Shown here: piece after piece, positions 17,934 through 26,194 of the stretch
Position numbering within the stretch: position 1 is the stretch's first letter
Layout: each line of letters starts with the position of its first letter
Source of the DNA: an uncultured delta proteobacterium
GTDB taxonomy: Bacteria; Myxococcota_A; Polyangia; Polyangiales; Polyangiaceae
Length of the DNA: 64,000 nucleotides
Reading direction: 5' to 3'
NCBI GenBank assembly: GCA_963841435.1
Contig: CAWJCS010000005.1
Coordinates: forward strand, 1-64,000
Program-made: the position numbers and the translations under genes
The notes under the pieces: generated by a model
The model's input: the letters and a program-made list of their open reading frames with translations, nothing else
What the model was told of the DNA's origin: nothing
Database searches by the model: none

Positions 17934-19436
17934 GTAACCGGCGCAGCCGATCACGCTGCCCGCCGGGTGCGTGCCGGCGCTGCAGGAGTAGAGCGACGCG
18001 ACGGGGGTCCGGTGAGGCAGTCGATCGGCGAAGCCGAAGCTGTTGTCCACGTGGTGGATGTGCCCGTGCGTGATGCCGAAGTGCGCCTCGATGGCCTCGG
18101 GGTGGAGCACCTGGTAATCGACCACGAGTGAGCTTGCGCCCGGCGCGAAGCGATCGCAGATGGAGAGCAGGTGGCGAGCGTAGCCGTCGGCTTCTGCCGC
18201 CCAGCTCGAGCCTTCGATGCGGTTCGGAACCCACTGCACGAACAGCGCGGAGCTCAGCCGTCCCTGCGCATCCGTGAGCGTCGGGTTGACGGTCGTGTGC
18301 ACGTACCATTCGATGCTCGGGAAATCGGGCAGCCGCCCGGCTTGCGCGTCCCCAAACGCGCGCCGAAGCTCACCGAGCACGTCTCCCTCGGGCAGGAGGT
18401 GAATGGTGGGGCCGAAGCGCGACGGCGGCTCGGGCAACGAAGTGAAAGTGGGAAACGACGAGAGCGCCAGGTTGAGCTTCAACGTCATGCCGGGCCGGCG
18501 CAGGCGTTCGACGCGCTCCACGTACTCCGTGGGGAAGGCGCCTTTGTCGACCAGGCAGAGCATGCGAAAAGGATCGGCGTTGACGAGCACGCTCCGAGCG
18601 CTGAGCTCGCGCCCGCTCGCGAGCCGTACCCCTCGCGCCACACCCTGCTCGACGACGATCGTCTCGACCGCGTCGCCCGCGACGATGCGGCCGCGGTGGC
18701 CGCGCACGGCGGCCGCGAGCGTGGTCGCGATGGTTCCCATGCCGCCCTCGACGACCATCCAGGTGCCATCGCTGCCCGGGCGGCGGCACATGTTGTGAAC
18801 CAAGAAATTCATGCCGCTGCCGGGCGAGTCCCAACCGCCGGACAGGCCCGAGAAACCGTCCGTGACGGCGTACATCGCCTTGACGAGGTCGCTTTCGAAG
18901 CCGAAGCGGTCGAGATACGCGCCCACCGAGCCGCGGCAGAGCTCGACGAATGCCCGCCGGAGCTCGGGTCTGATGAAGCGCTCGGCGGTGTCCTCGATCG
19001 AGAGCGGCTCTTCGAGCCACGTGGGCGCCGTGTCATCGCGAAGCATGGTGAGCTCGGCCTGCAGCGCCCGGTGCGCTCGCACGTCGGCGGGCGAGAAGAA
19101 GGTCCTCAGCTGGTGCTCGAGCGCCGCTTCGTCGGAGCCGAAGAGCAGATGGCGCCCGCTCGTCGTCGGCAGAAAGTAGTGCGGGTCGCGACGCAACGTC
19201 GGAAGCTCGATGCCGAGCCGCTGCTCGAGCTCGGGCGGCATCAAGCCGAGCAGGTAGGCTCCCGTCGATTGGGGAAGCTCGGGCGCCTTTGCGAACGGGC
19301 GCTCGGTGCGGGTGGCACCGCCGATCACGGGCAGACCCTCGACGACGAGCACCGAGAGTCCGGCCTGCGCGAGCACGAGCGCGGCGACGAGCCCGTTGTG
19401 CCCTGCCCCGACCACGATGGCGTCCGCGTCCGTCAC
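17886..19436 (-). CDS. Phytoene-dehydrogenase-like FAD-dependent oxidoreductase
   Basis: IVVGAGHNGL, IGGA, GGMG, GHIHH, SAGTHPAGSV.G motifs; start 19436 (GTG) or 19454. Confidence 0.88.
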   Translation of the reverse strand: MTDADAIVVGAGHNGLVAALVLAQAGLSVLVVEGLPVIGGATRTERPFAKAPELPQSTGAYLLGLMPPELEQRLGIELPTLRRDPHYFLPTTSGRHLLFGSDEAALEHQLRTFFSPADVRAHRALQAELTMLRDDTAPTWLEEPLSIEDTAERFIRPELRRAFVELCRGSVGAYLDRFGFESDLVKAMYAVTDGFSGLSGGWDSPGSGMNFLVHNMCRRPGSDGTWMVVEGGMGTIATTLAAAVRGHRGRIVAGDAVETIVVEQGVARGVRLASGRELSARSVLVNADPFRMLCLVDKGAFPTEYVERVERLRRPGMTLKLNLALSSFPTFTSLPEPPSRFGPTIHLLPEGDVLGELRRAFGDAQAGRLPDFPSIEWYVHTTVNPTLTDAQGRLSSALFVQWVPNRIEGSSWAAEADGYARHLLSICDRFAPGASSLVVDYQVLHPEAIEAHFGITHGHIHHVDNSFGFADRLPHRTPVASLYSCSAGTHPAGSVIGCAGYLAARACLGDLGLHAD

Positions 19437-19471
19437 GACCCGTCCGCTTAGCATGGTAATCTGGCCCCCAC

Positions 19472-20701
19472 ATGGCGCGTCTCCTTCCGTCGCTCGCGCT
19501 CCTCGCGCTCGCGGCGTGTGCCGCCGCGTCCGAACGCCAAGCGGAGGTACCGCCACCCCTCTCCACGCGCGGGGAGGCGCCCGACGCCGTGCCGCAAGAA
19601 ATGCGGCGGCCGCCGACGGACCCGGGGCCGCTCGTGCAGTCGGCGCCACCGGAGCCGCCACGCTTCGGGCGAGTCACCGTGCTCGAGGACCCGCTGCCCA
19701 GGGGCCTGCGCGCGGCCGCCGAGCCCGGCACGCCCAACCCTTCGGCAGCGGACGGAAAACCCTTCCGACAGCGCCGCGTGATCGACACTGGCGTCTCGCA
19801 CCTGTTCGTCGCCGACCTCTCGCCCGACGAGCGCACCCTCGTCGGCTTCAGCAGCGGCGAGCGCGCCCTCCGCCTCTACGGCGTGGAGGACGGGCAGCTA
19901 CGCTCGCGCGCCGTCCTCGACTTCATCGAAGAGTACGGCCGCGGCGACGTGCTCTTCTGGCGGCGCCCGAGCGAGCTGCCGCTCGTCGTCGTCGGGGATC
20001 CCCACGGCCTTTCGCTGCGCGACGCCACGACGGGCACCGAACGCTCGCGGCTCGCAACGCGCGGCGCGTGGCAACTGCGTTTCTCCGCGAACGGCGAGGT
20101 GCTCATGGCCGACCTGCCGGTCATCCCCGACGGCGCTGGCCCCGGCGCCCAGCGCTCTGAGCTCGCCTTCTACCGCCCGAGGCCCGACGACTCCGTCGAA
20201 ACGGAGCTCGTGCTCCGCTTCGACGAACGTGTTGACGCTTTCGACCTCGACGGCCGCCACGCACGGCTCGCGGTGCTCTACTACCCCTCGGGTGACGCCG
20301 AGCTCATCGATCTCGCCGAGCGGCGCGTCATCTGGACGGCGCGCGCGCCACAATACGCCGCGAGCATCGACATTTCACCCGACGACCGGCTCGTCGCGGT
20401 CGGGGGCGACAGCGTCGTGCTCTTCGACCTCGACGATCCGGCGCGGAGCTCGCGCTTCTCGAAGCTCGGCAACAACGTGAACACGGTGCGCTTCTCGCCG
20501 AGCGGCAATCTCCTCGCGGTCTCCGCGTACGACGGCCGCATCCGCACCTTCCGCCCCGGCGTCGAGACGCCGGAGCTTTCCCTCTTGCAGGTGCTCCGGC
20601 ACACGGGCACGGCGAACGTCTACTCGCTCGCCTTCAGCCGCGACGGCCACACCCTGGTGTCGTCGAGCGGGGACCACACGCTGCGCGTCTGGTCACGCTA
20701 G
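19472..20701 (+). CDS. WD40/beta-propeller lipoprotein
   Basis: Lipobox LAAC; VNTVRFSPSG..AYDGRIR and VYSLAFSRDG..SSGDHTLRVW repeats. Confidence 0.85.
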   Translation: MARLLPSLALLALAACAAASERQAEVPPPLSTRGEAPDAVPQEMRRPPTDPGPLVQSAPPEPPRFGRVTVLEDPLPRGLRAAAEPGTPNPSAADGKPFRQRRVIDTGVSHLFVADLSPDERTLVGFSSGERALRLYGVEDGQLRSRAVLDFIEEYGRGDVLFWRRPSELPLVVVGDPHGLSLRDATTGTERSRLATRGAWQLRFSANGEVLMADLPVIPDGAGPGAQRSELAFYRPRPDDSVETELVLRFDERVDAFDLDGRHARLAVLYYPSGDAELIDLAERRVIWTARAPQYAASIDISPDDRLVAVGGDSVVLFDLDDPARSSRFSKLGNNVNTVRFSPSGNLLAVSAYDGRIRTFRPGVETPELSLLQVLRHTGTANVYSLAFSRDGHTLVSSSGDHTLRVWSR

Positions 20702-20735
20702 CGAGCGCCAAGGTTCTTCAGGGCACCCCGCCGCC

Positions 20736-21914
20736 GTGACCCTGCACCCCCTGGCGACGGGCCCGGATGCGCCTTATGATCGGGACTTGAGCTCGCCGAA
20801 CCGCCGCTCGGTCCTCGAGGCCCTCGCGCTTTCGCCGCTTTTGGGCGCCTGCCAAAGTGAAGCGCCCGCGCGCGCCGCGCGAGAGGCGGGGCGCGCCGAG
20901 CCCGAGCCCATCACGAGCATCGAGCCGCTCGGCTTCCAGTGGAAGACGCGGGACCCTTTCATCTTCTGCGCCCATCACGACGACGCCTACCCGCGTGGCA
21001 ACCCAAGGCTCGGTCCCGCGGCAGCGCTCGGCGGGCGCGAGCTAGGCAGCGATTTCAGCCACAAAGACGGTTTTAGTATGTACCACGGTGACGTCGTTCC
21101 GGGCTTTCCAGAGCACCCGCACCGTGGCTTCGAGACCGTCACCATCGTGCGGCGCGGGCTCGTCGACCACGCGGACTCGCTCGGTGCGGCGGCGCGCTAC
21201 GGCGGCGGCGACGTGCAGTGGCTCACGGCGGGGCGCGGCATCGTGCACGCCGAGATGTTCCCGCTGCTCGACGCGTCGGGGCCGAACCCGCTCGAGCTCT
21301 TCCAGATTTGGCTGAACCTGCCCGCTCGGAACAAGCTCGTGGCGCCGTATTTCTCCATGTTCTGGCGCGACGCCATCCCGCGCACCGTCGTGCGCGACGC
21401 GGCGGGCCGCGGCACGGAGCTCACCGTGGTCGCGGGTTCGGGTGGCACGCTCGAGGCGCCTGCTCCGCCACCCGAGTCGTACGCGTCCCAGCACGGCTCC
21501 GACATCGCGATCTGGACGCTCAAGCTCGAGCCGCGCGCGCGCTTCACGCTCCCGCCCGCGAGCCCAGGGGTCAACCGCACGCTCTATTACTTCCGCGGGG
21601 CCACGTTGGTCGCTGGCGGACGGCAGGTTGCCTCGGGCCATGGGCTCACGCTGCGCGCAGAAGCGGCGCTCGCGCTCGAGAACGGAGACCTCGAGAGCGA
21701 GCTCTTGTTGCTGCAGGGCCGGCCGATCGGCGAGCCGGTCGTTCAGCGCGGGCCGTTCGTGATGAACACGGCGCAGGAGATCCAGAAGGCGTTCAGCGAC
21801 TATCGCGCGACGGGGTTCGGCGGCTGGCCCTGGCCCCGACGCGACCCGGTGCACGGCGGCTCCGGCGAACGCTTCGCCCGCCACGCCGACGGTCGCGTCG
21901 AGCGCGCCACCTAG
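20736..21914 (+). CDS. Pirin-family protein with Tat/lipoprotein-like signal (start uncertain)
   Basis: GFPEHPHRGFETVT, WLTAGRGIVHAE, FQIWLNLP, GPFVMNT; N-terminal NRRSVL...LGAC. Confidence 0.92.
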   Translation: MTLHPLATGPDAPYDRDLSSPNRRSVLEALALSPLLGACQSEAPARAAREAGRAEPEPITSIEPLGFQWKTRDPFIFCAHHDDAYPRGNPRLGPAAALGGRELGSDFSHKDGFSMYHGDVVPGFPEHPHRGFETVTIVRRGLVDHADSLGAAARYGGGDVQWLTAGRGIVHAEMFPLLDASGPNPLELFQIWLNLPARNKLVAPYFSMFWRDAIPRTVVRDAAGRGTELTVVAGSGGTLEAPAPPPESYASQHGSDIAIWTLKLEPRARFTLPPASPGVNRTLYYFRGATLVAGGRQVASGHGLTLRAEAALALENGDLESELLLLQGRPIGEPVVQRGPFVMNTAQEIQKAFSDYRATGFGGWPWPRRDPVHGGSGERFARHADGRVERAT

Positions 21915-22054
21915 CGCTCAATGCACGAGCGGGCTCAGCACATTCACGCCCAACGCCAGAACCGCCTCGACATCAGCGGCTGAGCACGCACCCAGGGCAC
22001 CGGCGATTTCGACGGCAGCTCGAGCGGTAGCGGGGGCGTCATCCGCGCGGCAGC

Positions 22055-23065
22055 TCAGTGTCGCCGGAACTCACCGGGCGTCTGGCCCGTCCAGCGCTTG
22101 AAGGCGCGGTGGAACGCCGCGCTGCTCGAGAAGCCGAGGCGCCACGCGATCTCGTCGAGCGAGGCGGTGTGCTTGCGCACGTGGAAGGCCGCGAGCTCCT
22201 GCCGCACGGAATCGAGCAGATCGTGGAACGACGTGCCCTCTTCGCGCAGCCGTCGCTGGAGGGTGCGCGGCGTCGTGCCGAGACGCTTGGCCACGCTCTC
22301 GAGCGCGGGCTCCTGACCGGACAGCGTGGCGGCGAGCGCTCGCCGCGCGGCACCGCTCACACTGGGATCGGAGCTGAGCTCCCGCAACGAACGCTCGAGC
22401 TGCGGTTCCAGAAGCTCCGCAAGCGCCGGATCCGCATCGATGACGACGCGCTCGAGGTCGGCGTGCGACACGCCGATTCCGAGGGCCGTCCCTCCGAGCG
22501 CCACGGGCGAGCGCGTGAGCGCACGGTATTCCACGAGGTCGTCCTCGGTGGGTGCCGGGTCGGGCAGCCTGACCTCGGTCGGGGCGAAGTCCTCGCCCAC
22601 GAGTCGCCGGGCAATGACGATGCAGCTCGCCGTCCACGCAGCGCGGCACAGGCGCAAGAACGCCGGGTTCACGTCGGCGGGCAGCGCGAAACGCAGGCGT
22701 GCACCGTCCACCTCCGACTCCAGGCTGCAGTCGGCCGCGCCGTTGTGGACGTGCTGGTAGCGGGCCAGGCGCTCGAACGACTCGCCGAGCGTGCGACAGT
22801 TGTGGATGACGTGATCGAGCATGCCGAAATCGCCGGGTTTGACCTGGCGGAACACGAGGAGGATCTGCCGCTCGGTGAGGCGCTCCATGACGTGGTGCGC
22901 GACGACTTCAGCGACCTCGAGCTCGAGCCGACCGTCGATGTCTGCCAGCACCTCCGCGCGGATCCCCGCGGCCCCGAGGATAGGCCCAGGGTCGATGCCG
23001 TGGGCGGCCGCCAGGCCGACGAAAGCCCTCAAGGATTGAACCGAAAGCGAGCCTCGGTTCGTCAT
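22055..23065 (-). CDS. AraC-family transcriptional regulator
   Basis: RTLQRRLREEGTSF...IAWRLGFSSSAAFHRAFKRWTGQTP. Confidence 0.93.
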   Translation of the reverse strand: MTNRGSLSVQSLRAFVGLAAAHGIDPGPILGAAGIRAEVLADIDGRLELEVAEVVAHHVMERLTERQILLVFRQVKPGDFGMLDHVIHNCRTLGESFERLARYQHVHNGAADCSLESEVDGARLRFALPADVNPAFLRLCRAAWTASCIVIARRLVGEDFAPTEVRLPDPAPTEDDLVEYRALTRSPVALGGTALGIGVSHADLERVVIDADPALAELLEPQLERSLRELSSDPSVSGAARRALAATLSGQEPALESVAKRLGTTPRTLQRRLREEGTSFHDLLDSVRQELAAFHVRKHTASLDEIAWRLGFSSSAAFHRAFKRWTGQTPGEFRRH

Positions 23066-23097
23066 AACACCACGAGCCTAGGGCAGCCGGGCTGCGC

Positions 23098-23868
23098 TTG
23101 CCAGTCACCCGCGTGTCGAGCGCGAGCCAAAGTGGTAGGAGCGGCGTTCTGGCCGACCCGCTCGTCAGCATCAGTCGAGACCTCGCCCGCGACGTGGGAC
23201 GGCTACGTTTCCGCGAGCCGGTGACGCACGTGTATTGTCCCCTGGATTACGCGAGAAAGCCCCACGAAGCGTACCTCTTGGCGTACGGCGGGGGCCGCAA
23301 ACGGACCGTGTTGCTCGGCATGAATCCGGGACCATTCGGTATGGCGCAGACGGGCGTACCGTTCGGCGACGTGGCGTCCGTGCGCGACTTCCTCGGCATC
23401 CGCGCGCCCGTCGAACGTCCGCCGCTCGAGCATCCCGCGCGACCCGTGCTCGGCTTCGATTGTCCCCGCGTCGAGGTCAGCGGACAGCGGCTCTGGGGGT
23501 TCGCTCGCGCCGAGCTCGGTACGGCCGAGCGCTTCTTCGCGAAGTCGTTCGTCTGGAACTACTGTCCGCTCGCGTTCATGGAAGCGTCGGGCAAAAATCG
23601 CACGCCCGACAAGCTCCCGCGCGACGAGCAACAGCCGCTCTTCGAAGCCTGCGACCGGGCTCTCGTGCGGCTCGTGGAGCTGATGCGGCCCGAGCAGGTG
23701 ATCGGCGTGGGTGGGTTCGCCGAGCGTCGGGCGCGGGCGGCTCTCGGCGAGCGCACGCTCCGGATTTTCAATATTCCCCACCCGAGCCCGGCGAGCCCTC
23801 TCGCGAACCGGGGCTGGGGCGCTCTCGCACGCAAAAGGCTGGCCGATCTAGGCGTCGAACTGGGCTAG
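23098..23868 (+). CDS. SMUG1-type uracil-DNA glycosylase (start uncertain)
   Basis: LGMNPGPFGMAQTGVPFG, EVSGQRLW, NYCPL, HPSPASP. Confidence 0.92.
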   Translation: MPVTRVSSASQSGRSGVLADPLVSISRDLARDVGRLRFREPVTHVYCPLDYARKPHEAYLLAYGGGRKRTVLLGMNPGPFGMAQTGVPFGDVASVRDFLGIRAPVERPPLEHPARPVLGFDCPRVEVSGQRLWGFARAELGTAERFFAKSFVWNYCPLAFMEASGKNRTPDKLPRDEQQPLFEACDRALVRLVELMRPEQVIGVGGFAERRARAALGERTLRIFNIPHPSPASPLANRGWGALARKRLADLGVELG

Positions 23869-23917
23869 CCGGCGGTTTGCTCGCCAAGTCCGTCCTCTTG
23901 ATGTAGTCCGGGGCCCG

Positions 23918-25276
23918 ATGTCGAACCTGCCCAAAGTCAATTGGGACATCGATCCCATCTTCTTACCCATCCCCCGCGACATGGTGATCACCATCGCGGG
24001 TGCGATCGCTGCCTACAGCCTGATCCAGGGGATGCGTCGCAAGGGCAGCGACCACTACTCCACCGCGGTGCTCTTCGGAGTGCTCACGTTCGTCGCGTAC
24101 AAGTACATGGGGCCGGCTCTCGAGCTTCGGTACTACAGTCTTCTGTTCGTCGTCGTCTTTCTCGGCGGCTACTCGCTACTGAAATGGCAAGTCGTGCGTG
24201 GCGGGGGAAACGCCGACGACGCGGGCGACTTCATCGTCTACGGCGTGCTGGGGGTGCTCATCGGGGCGCGGCTCGGACACGTTCTCTTCTATGACCTCGA
24301 TAAGGCTTTGCGTGACCCGATCTGGGTGTTCAAGATCTGGACGGGAGGCCTCGCAAGCCACGGGGCGGTGGTCGGGCTCATCACGGTGATGTGGCTGTTC
24401 TGCAAGCAGCGCGGCATCCCTTTTCTCGAGGGCGCCGACCGCTTCTCCTTCTCGGCCACGCTCGGCGCGACGCTCGTGCGCGTCGGTAACCTGATGAATT
24501 CCGAGATCGTCGGCCGAAGGACCGACCAAACCTGGGGCTTCCAGTTCCCGCGCTACGACCACGGTCTCGCCGTCATCCCGTACCGGTACCCCACGCAACT
24601 CGCCGAGATCGCGCTCGGCTGCACCGTGATGGCCGCCCTCTATTTCATCGACAAGCGACTCGGTGAGGAAAAGCGGCCGCGCGGCGCGCTGATTGCGTCT
24701 TTCTTCGCGCTCTACTTCAGCGGCCGCTTCTTCATCGAGTTCTACAAGGAGTACGAGGGACCGGTGACCGAGGGCTCGCCGCTAACGATGGGCCAGATCC
24801 TGAGCCTGCCGGGCATCGTCATCGGCTGGGCGGGACTGTTCTGGGCGCTGAAGAAGAAGGTCCCCGTGGGCTGGCCGTCGCGGGCAACGGACGAGGAAGC
24901 CGACGAGCGCGCCCCGCGCGCGAAGAGCAAGAAGAAGAAGAGGAGGAAGAAGAAGAAGTCCGGCCGGCGCGAGGAAAAGCGGGCCGCGACGAGCGACGAG
25001 CAGGAAGCGTCCGGCGAGGAGGCAACGAGCGACCGAGACGAGGCGTCCGAGGTCGACGAACGCGACGACGGGCACGACGACGACGAGGAAAGCGACGGCG
25101 ACGATCGCAAGGACGACAGCGAAGACGACGACGGCGACGACGATCGCAAGGACGACGAGGACGAGGACGAGGACGAGGATGACGACGAGGCGGAGCCCAC
25201 TTCCCGTCCGCCCCGCGATGCCGACATCGACGACGAGTTCGACGAAAAAGGCACGCTGAAGAAGCGGCGCGACTAG
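23918..25276 (+). CDS. lgt: Prolipoprotein diacylglyceryl transferase with long charged C-terminal tail
   Basis: IGARLGHVLFY, GGLASHG, RVGNLMNSEIVG, PTQLAE, RFFIEF, MGQILS. Confidence 0.93.
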   Translation: MSNLPKVNWDIDPIFLPIPRDMVITIAGAIAAYSLIQGMRRKGSDHYSTAVLFGVLTFVAYKYMGPALELRYYSLLFVVVFLGGYSLLKWQVVRGGGNADDAGDFIVYGVLGVLIGARLGHVLFYDLDKALRDPIWVFKIWTGGLASHGAVVGLITVMWLFCKQRGIPFLEGADRFSFSATLGATLVRVGNLMNSEIVGRRTDQTWGFQFPRYDHGLAVIPYRYPTQLAEIALGCTVMAALYFIDKRLGEEKRPRGALIASFFALYFSGRFFIEFYKEYEGPVTEGSPLTMGQILSLPGIVIGWAGLFWALKKKVPVGWPSRATDEEADERAPRAKSKKKKRRKKKKSGRREEKRAATSDEQEASGEEATSDRDEASEVDERDDGHDDDEESDGDDRKDDSEDDDGDDDRKDDEDEDEDEDDDEAEPTSRPPRDADIDDEFDEKGTLKKRRD

Positions 25277-25320
25277 CTCGACGCCGCCAGCCGTTGGCAG
25301 GCTGGGCCCGGGACCCGGGC

Positions 25321-25992
25321 TCAGTCCTTCTTGGTCTTTTTGCCGCCGCGGCGCTTCACGGCGCCACGCACCACGACGAGCCCGCCGCGCGCACCCGGGA
25401 CCCCACCGCCGACGAGCACGAGATTCTGCTCGGGAACGAGCTTCACGACCTTCTGGGTCAGGATGCTGACGGTCTCGTTGCCATAGTGGCCCGGCATCTT
25501 GTGGCCGAGCTTGACGCGACCGGGCGTCATGCGCGTGCCGATGGAGCCACCGTGACGCCGGTACTCGTGCGTGCCGTGCGTCATGCGGTTGCCCTTGAAG
25601 TTGTAGCGACGCATGACGCCGGTGAAGCCGCGCCCGCGCGTGATGCCTTGAACGTCAACGAACTGCCCTTCCTCGAAGAGCTTGTCAACCTCGACCTTCT
25701 GACCTATCTCGATGCCCGCCGCGTACTCCGCGGGGCAACGCAGCTCACGCAGCAACGCAGCCGGCGCTTGCCCGGTCTTCTTGTAGAAACCGGCGAGCGG
25801 CTTGTTGGTGCGCGCCTCGGGACGCTGACCCACGCCGATGACGAGCGCGCTGTAGCCGTCCTTTTCGAGCGTGCGCTTGGCGACGACCGTGCCTTCTGCT
25901 TCGATGACGGTACACGCGGTCACGGTGCCGTCCTCATCGAAAACCTGAGTCATTCCGAGCTTGCGCCCGATCACGCCGGGGTGCTGGTTCAT
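25321..25992 (-). CDS. rplC: 50S ribosomal protein L3
   Basis: GRKLGMTQVF, DGYSAL, VDVQGITRGRGFTG, GSIG..TPGRV, MPGHYG, GGVPG. Confidence 0.97.
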   Translation of the reverse strand: MNQHPGVIGRKLGMTQVFDEDGTVTACTVIEAEGTVVAKRTLEKDGYSALVIGVGQRPEARTNKPLAGFYKKTGQAPAALLRELRCPAEYAAGIEIGQKVEVDKLFEEGQFVDVQGITRGRGFTGVMRRYNFKGNRMTHGTHEYRRHGGSIGTRMTPGRVKLGHKMPGHYGNETVSILTQKVVKLVPEQNLVLVGGGVPGARGGLVVVRGAVKRRGGKKTKKD

Positions 25993-26194
25993 AGGAAGTG
26001 GGCGCTCTTAGCGCCAGGGGCCTCGGAGGTCAAGGCAGCCCCCCGGCGTGGGCCCCTGGAAAAATCGCCGCCCTAGCCCTTATTGGCCGGGGAGAAGCGC
26101 TCGTTGTGGGGGGGAGTCGTACCTCGGCGCGGCGCGCGGACCACCCCGAATACGGGCTACGGCCGGCGCCGCCGAAACTGAAGCAGGAAAAGTC

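Noticed and set aside
17886-19436. Carotenoid biosynthesis gene crtI
   Set aside because: Only the general FAD-oxidoreductase fold is supported; no crtB/crtE nearby.
25520-25560. L3 loop GSIGTRMTPG as an antibiotic-resistance allele
   Set aside because: This loop varies naturally among bacteria; it cannot be called without alignment to relatives.
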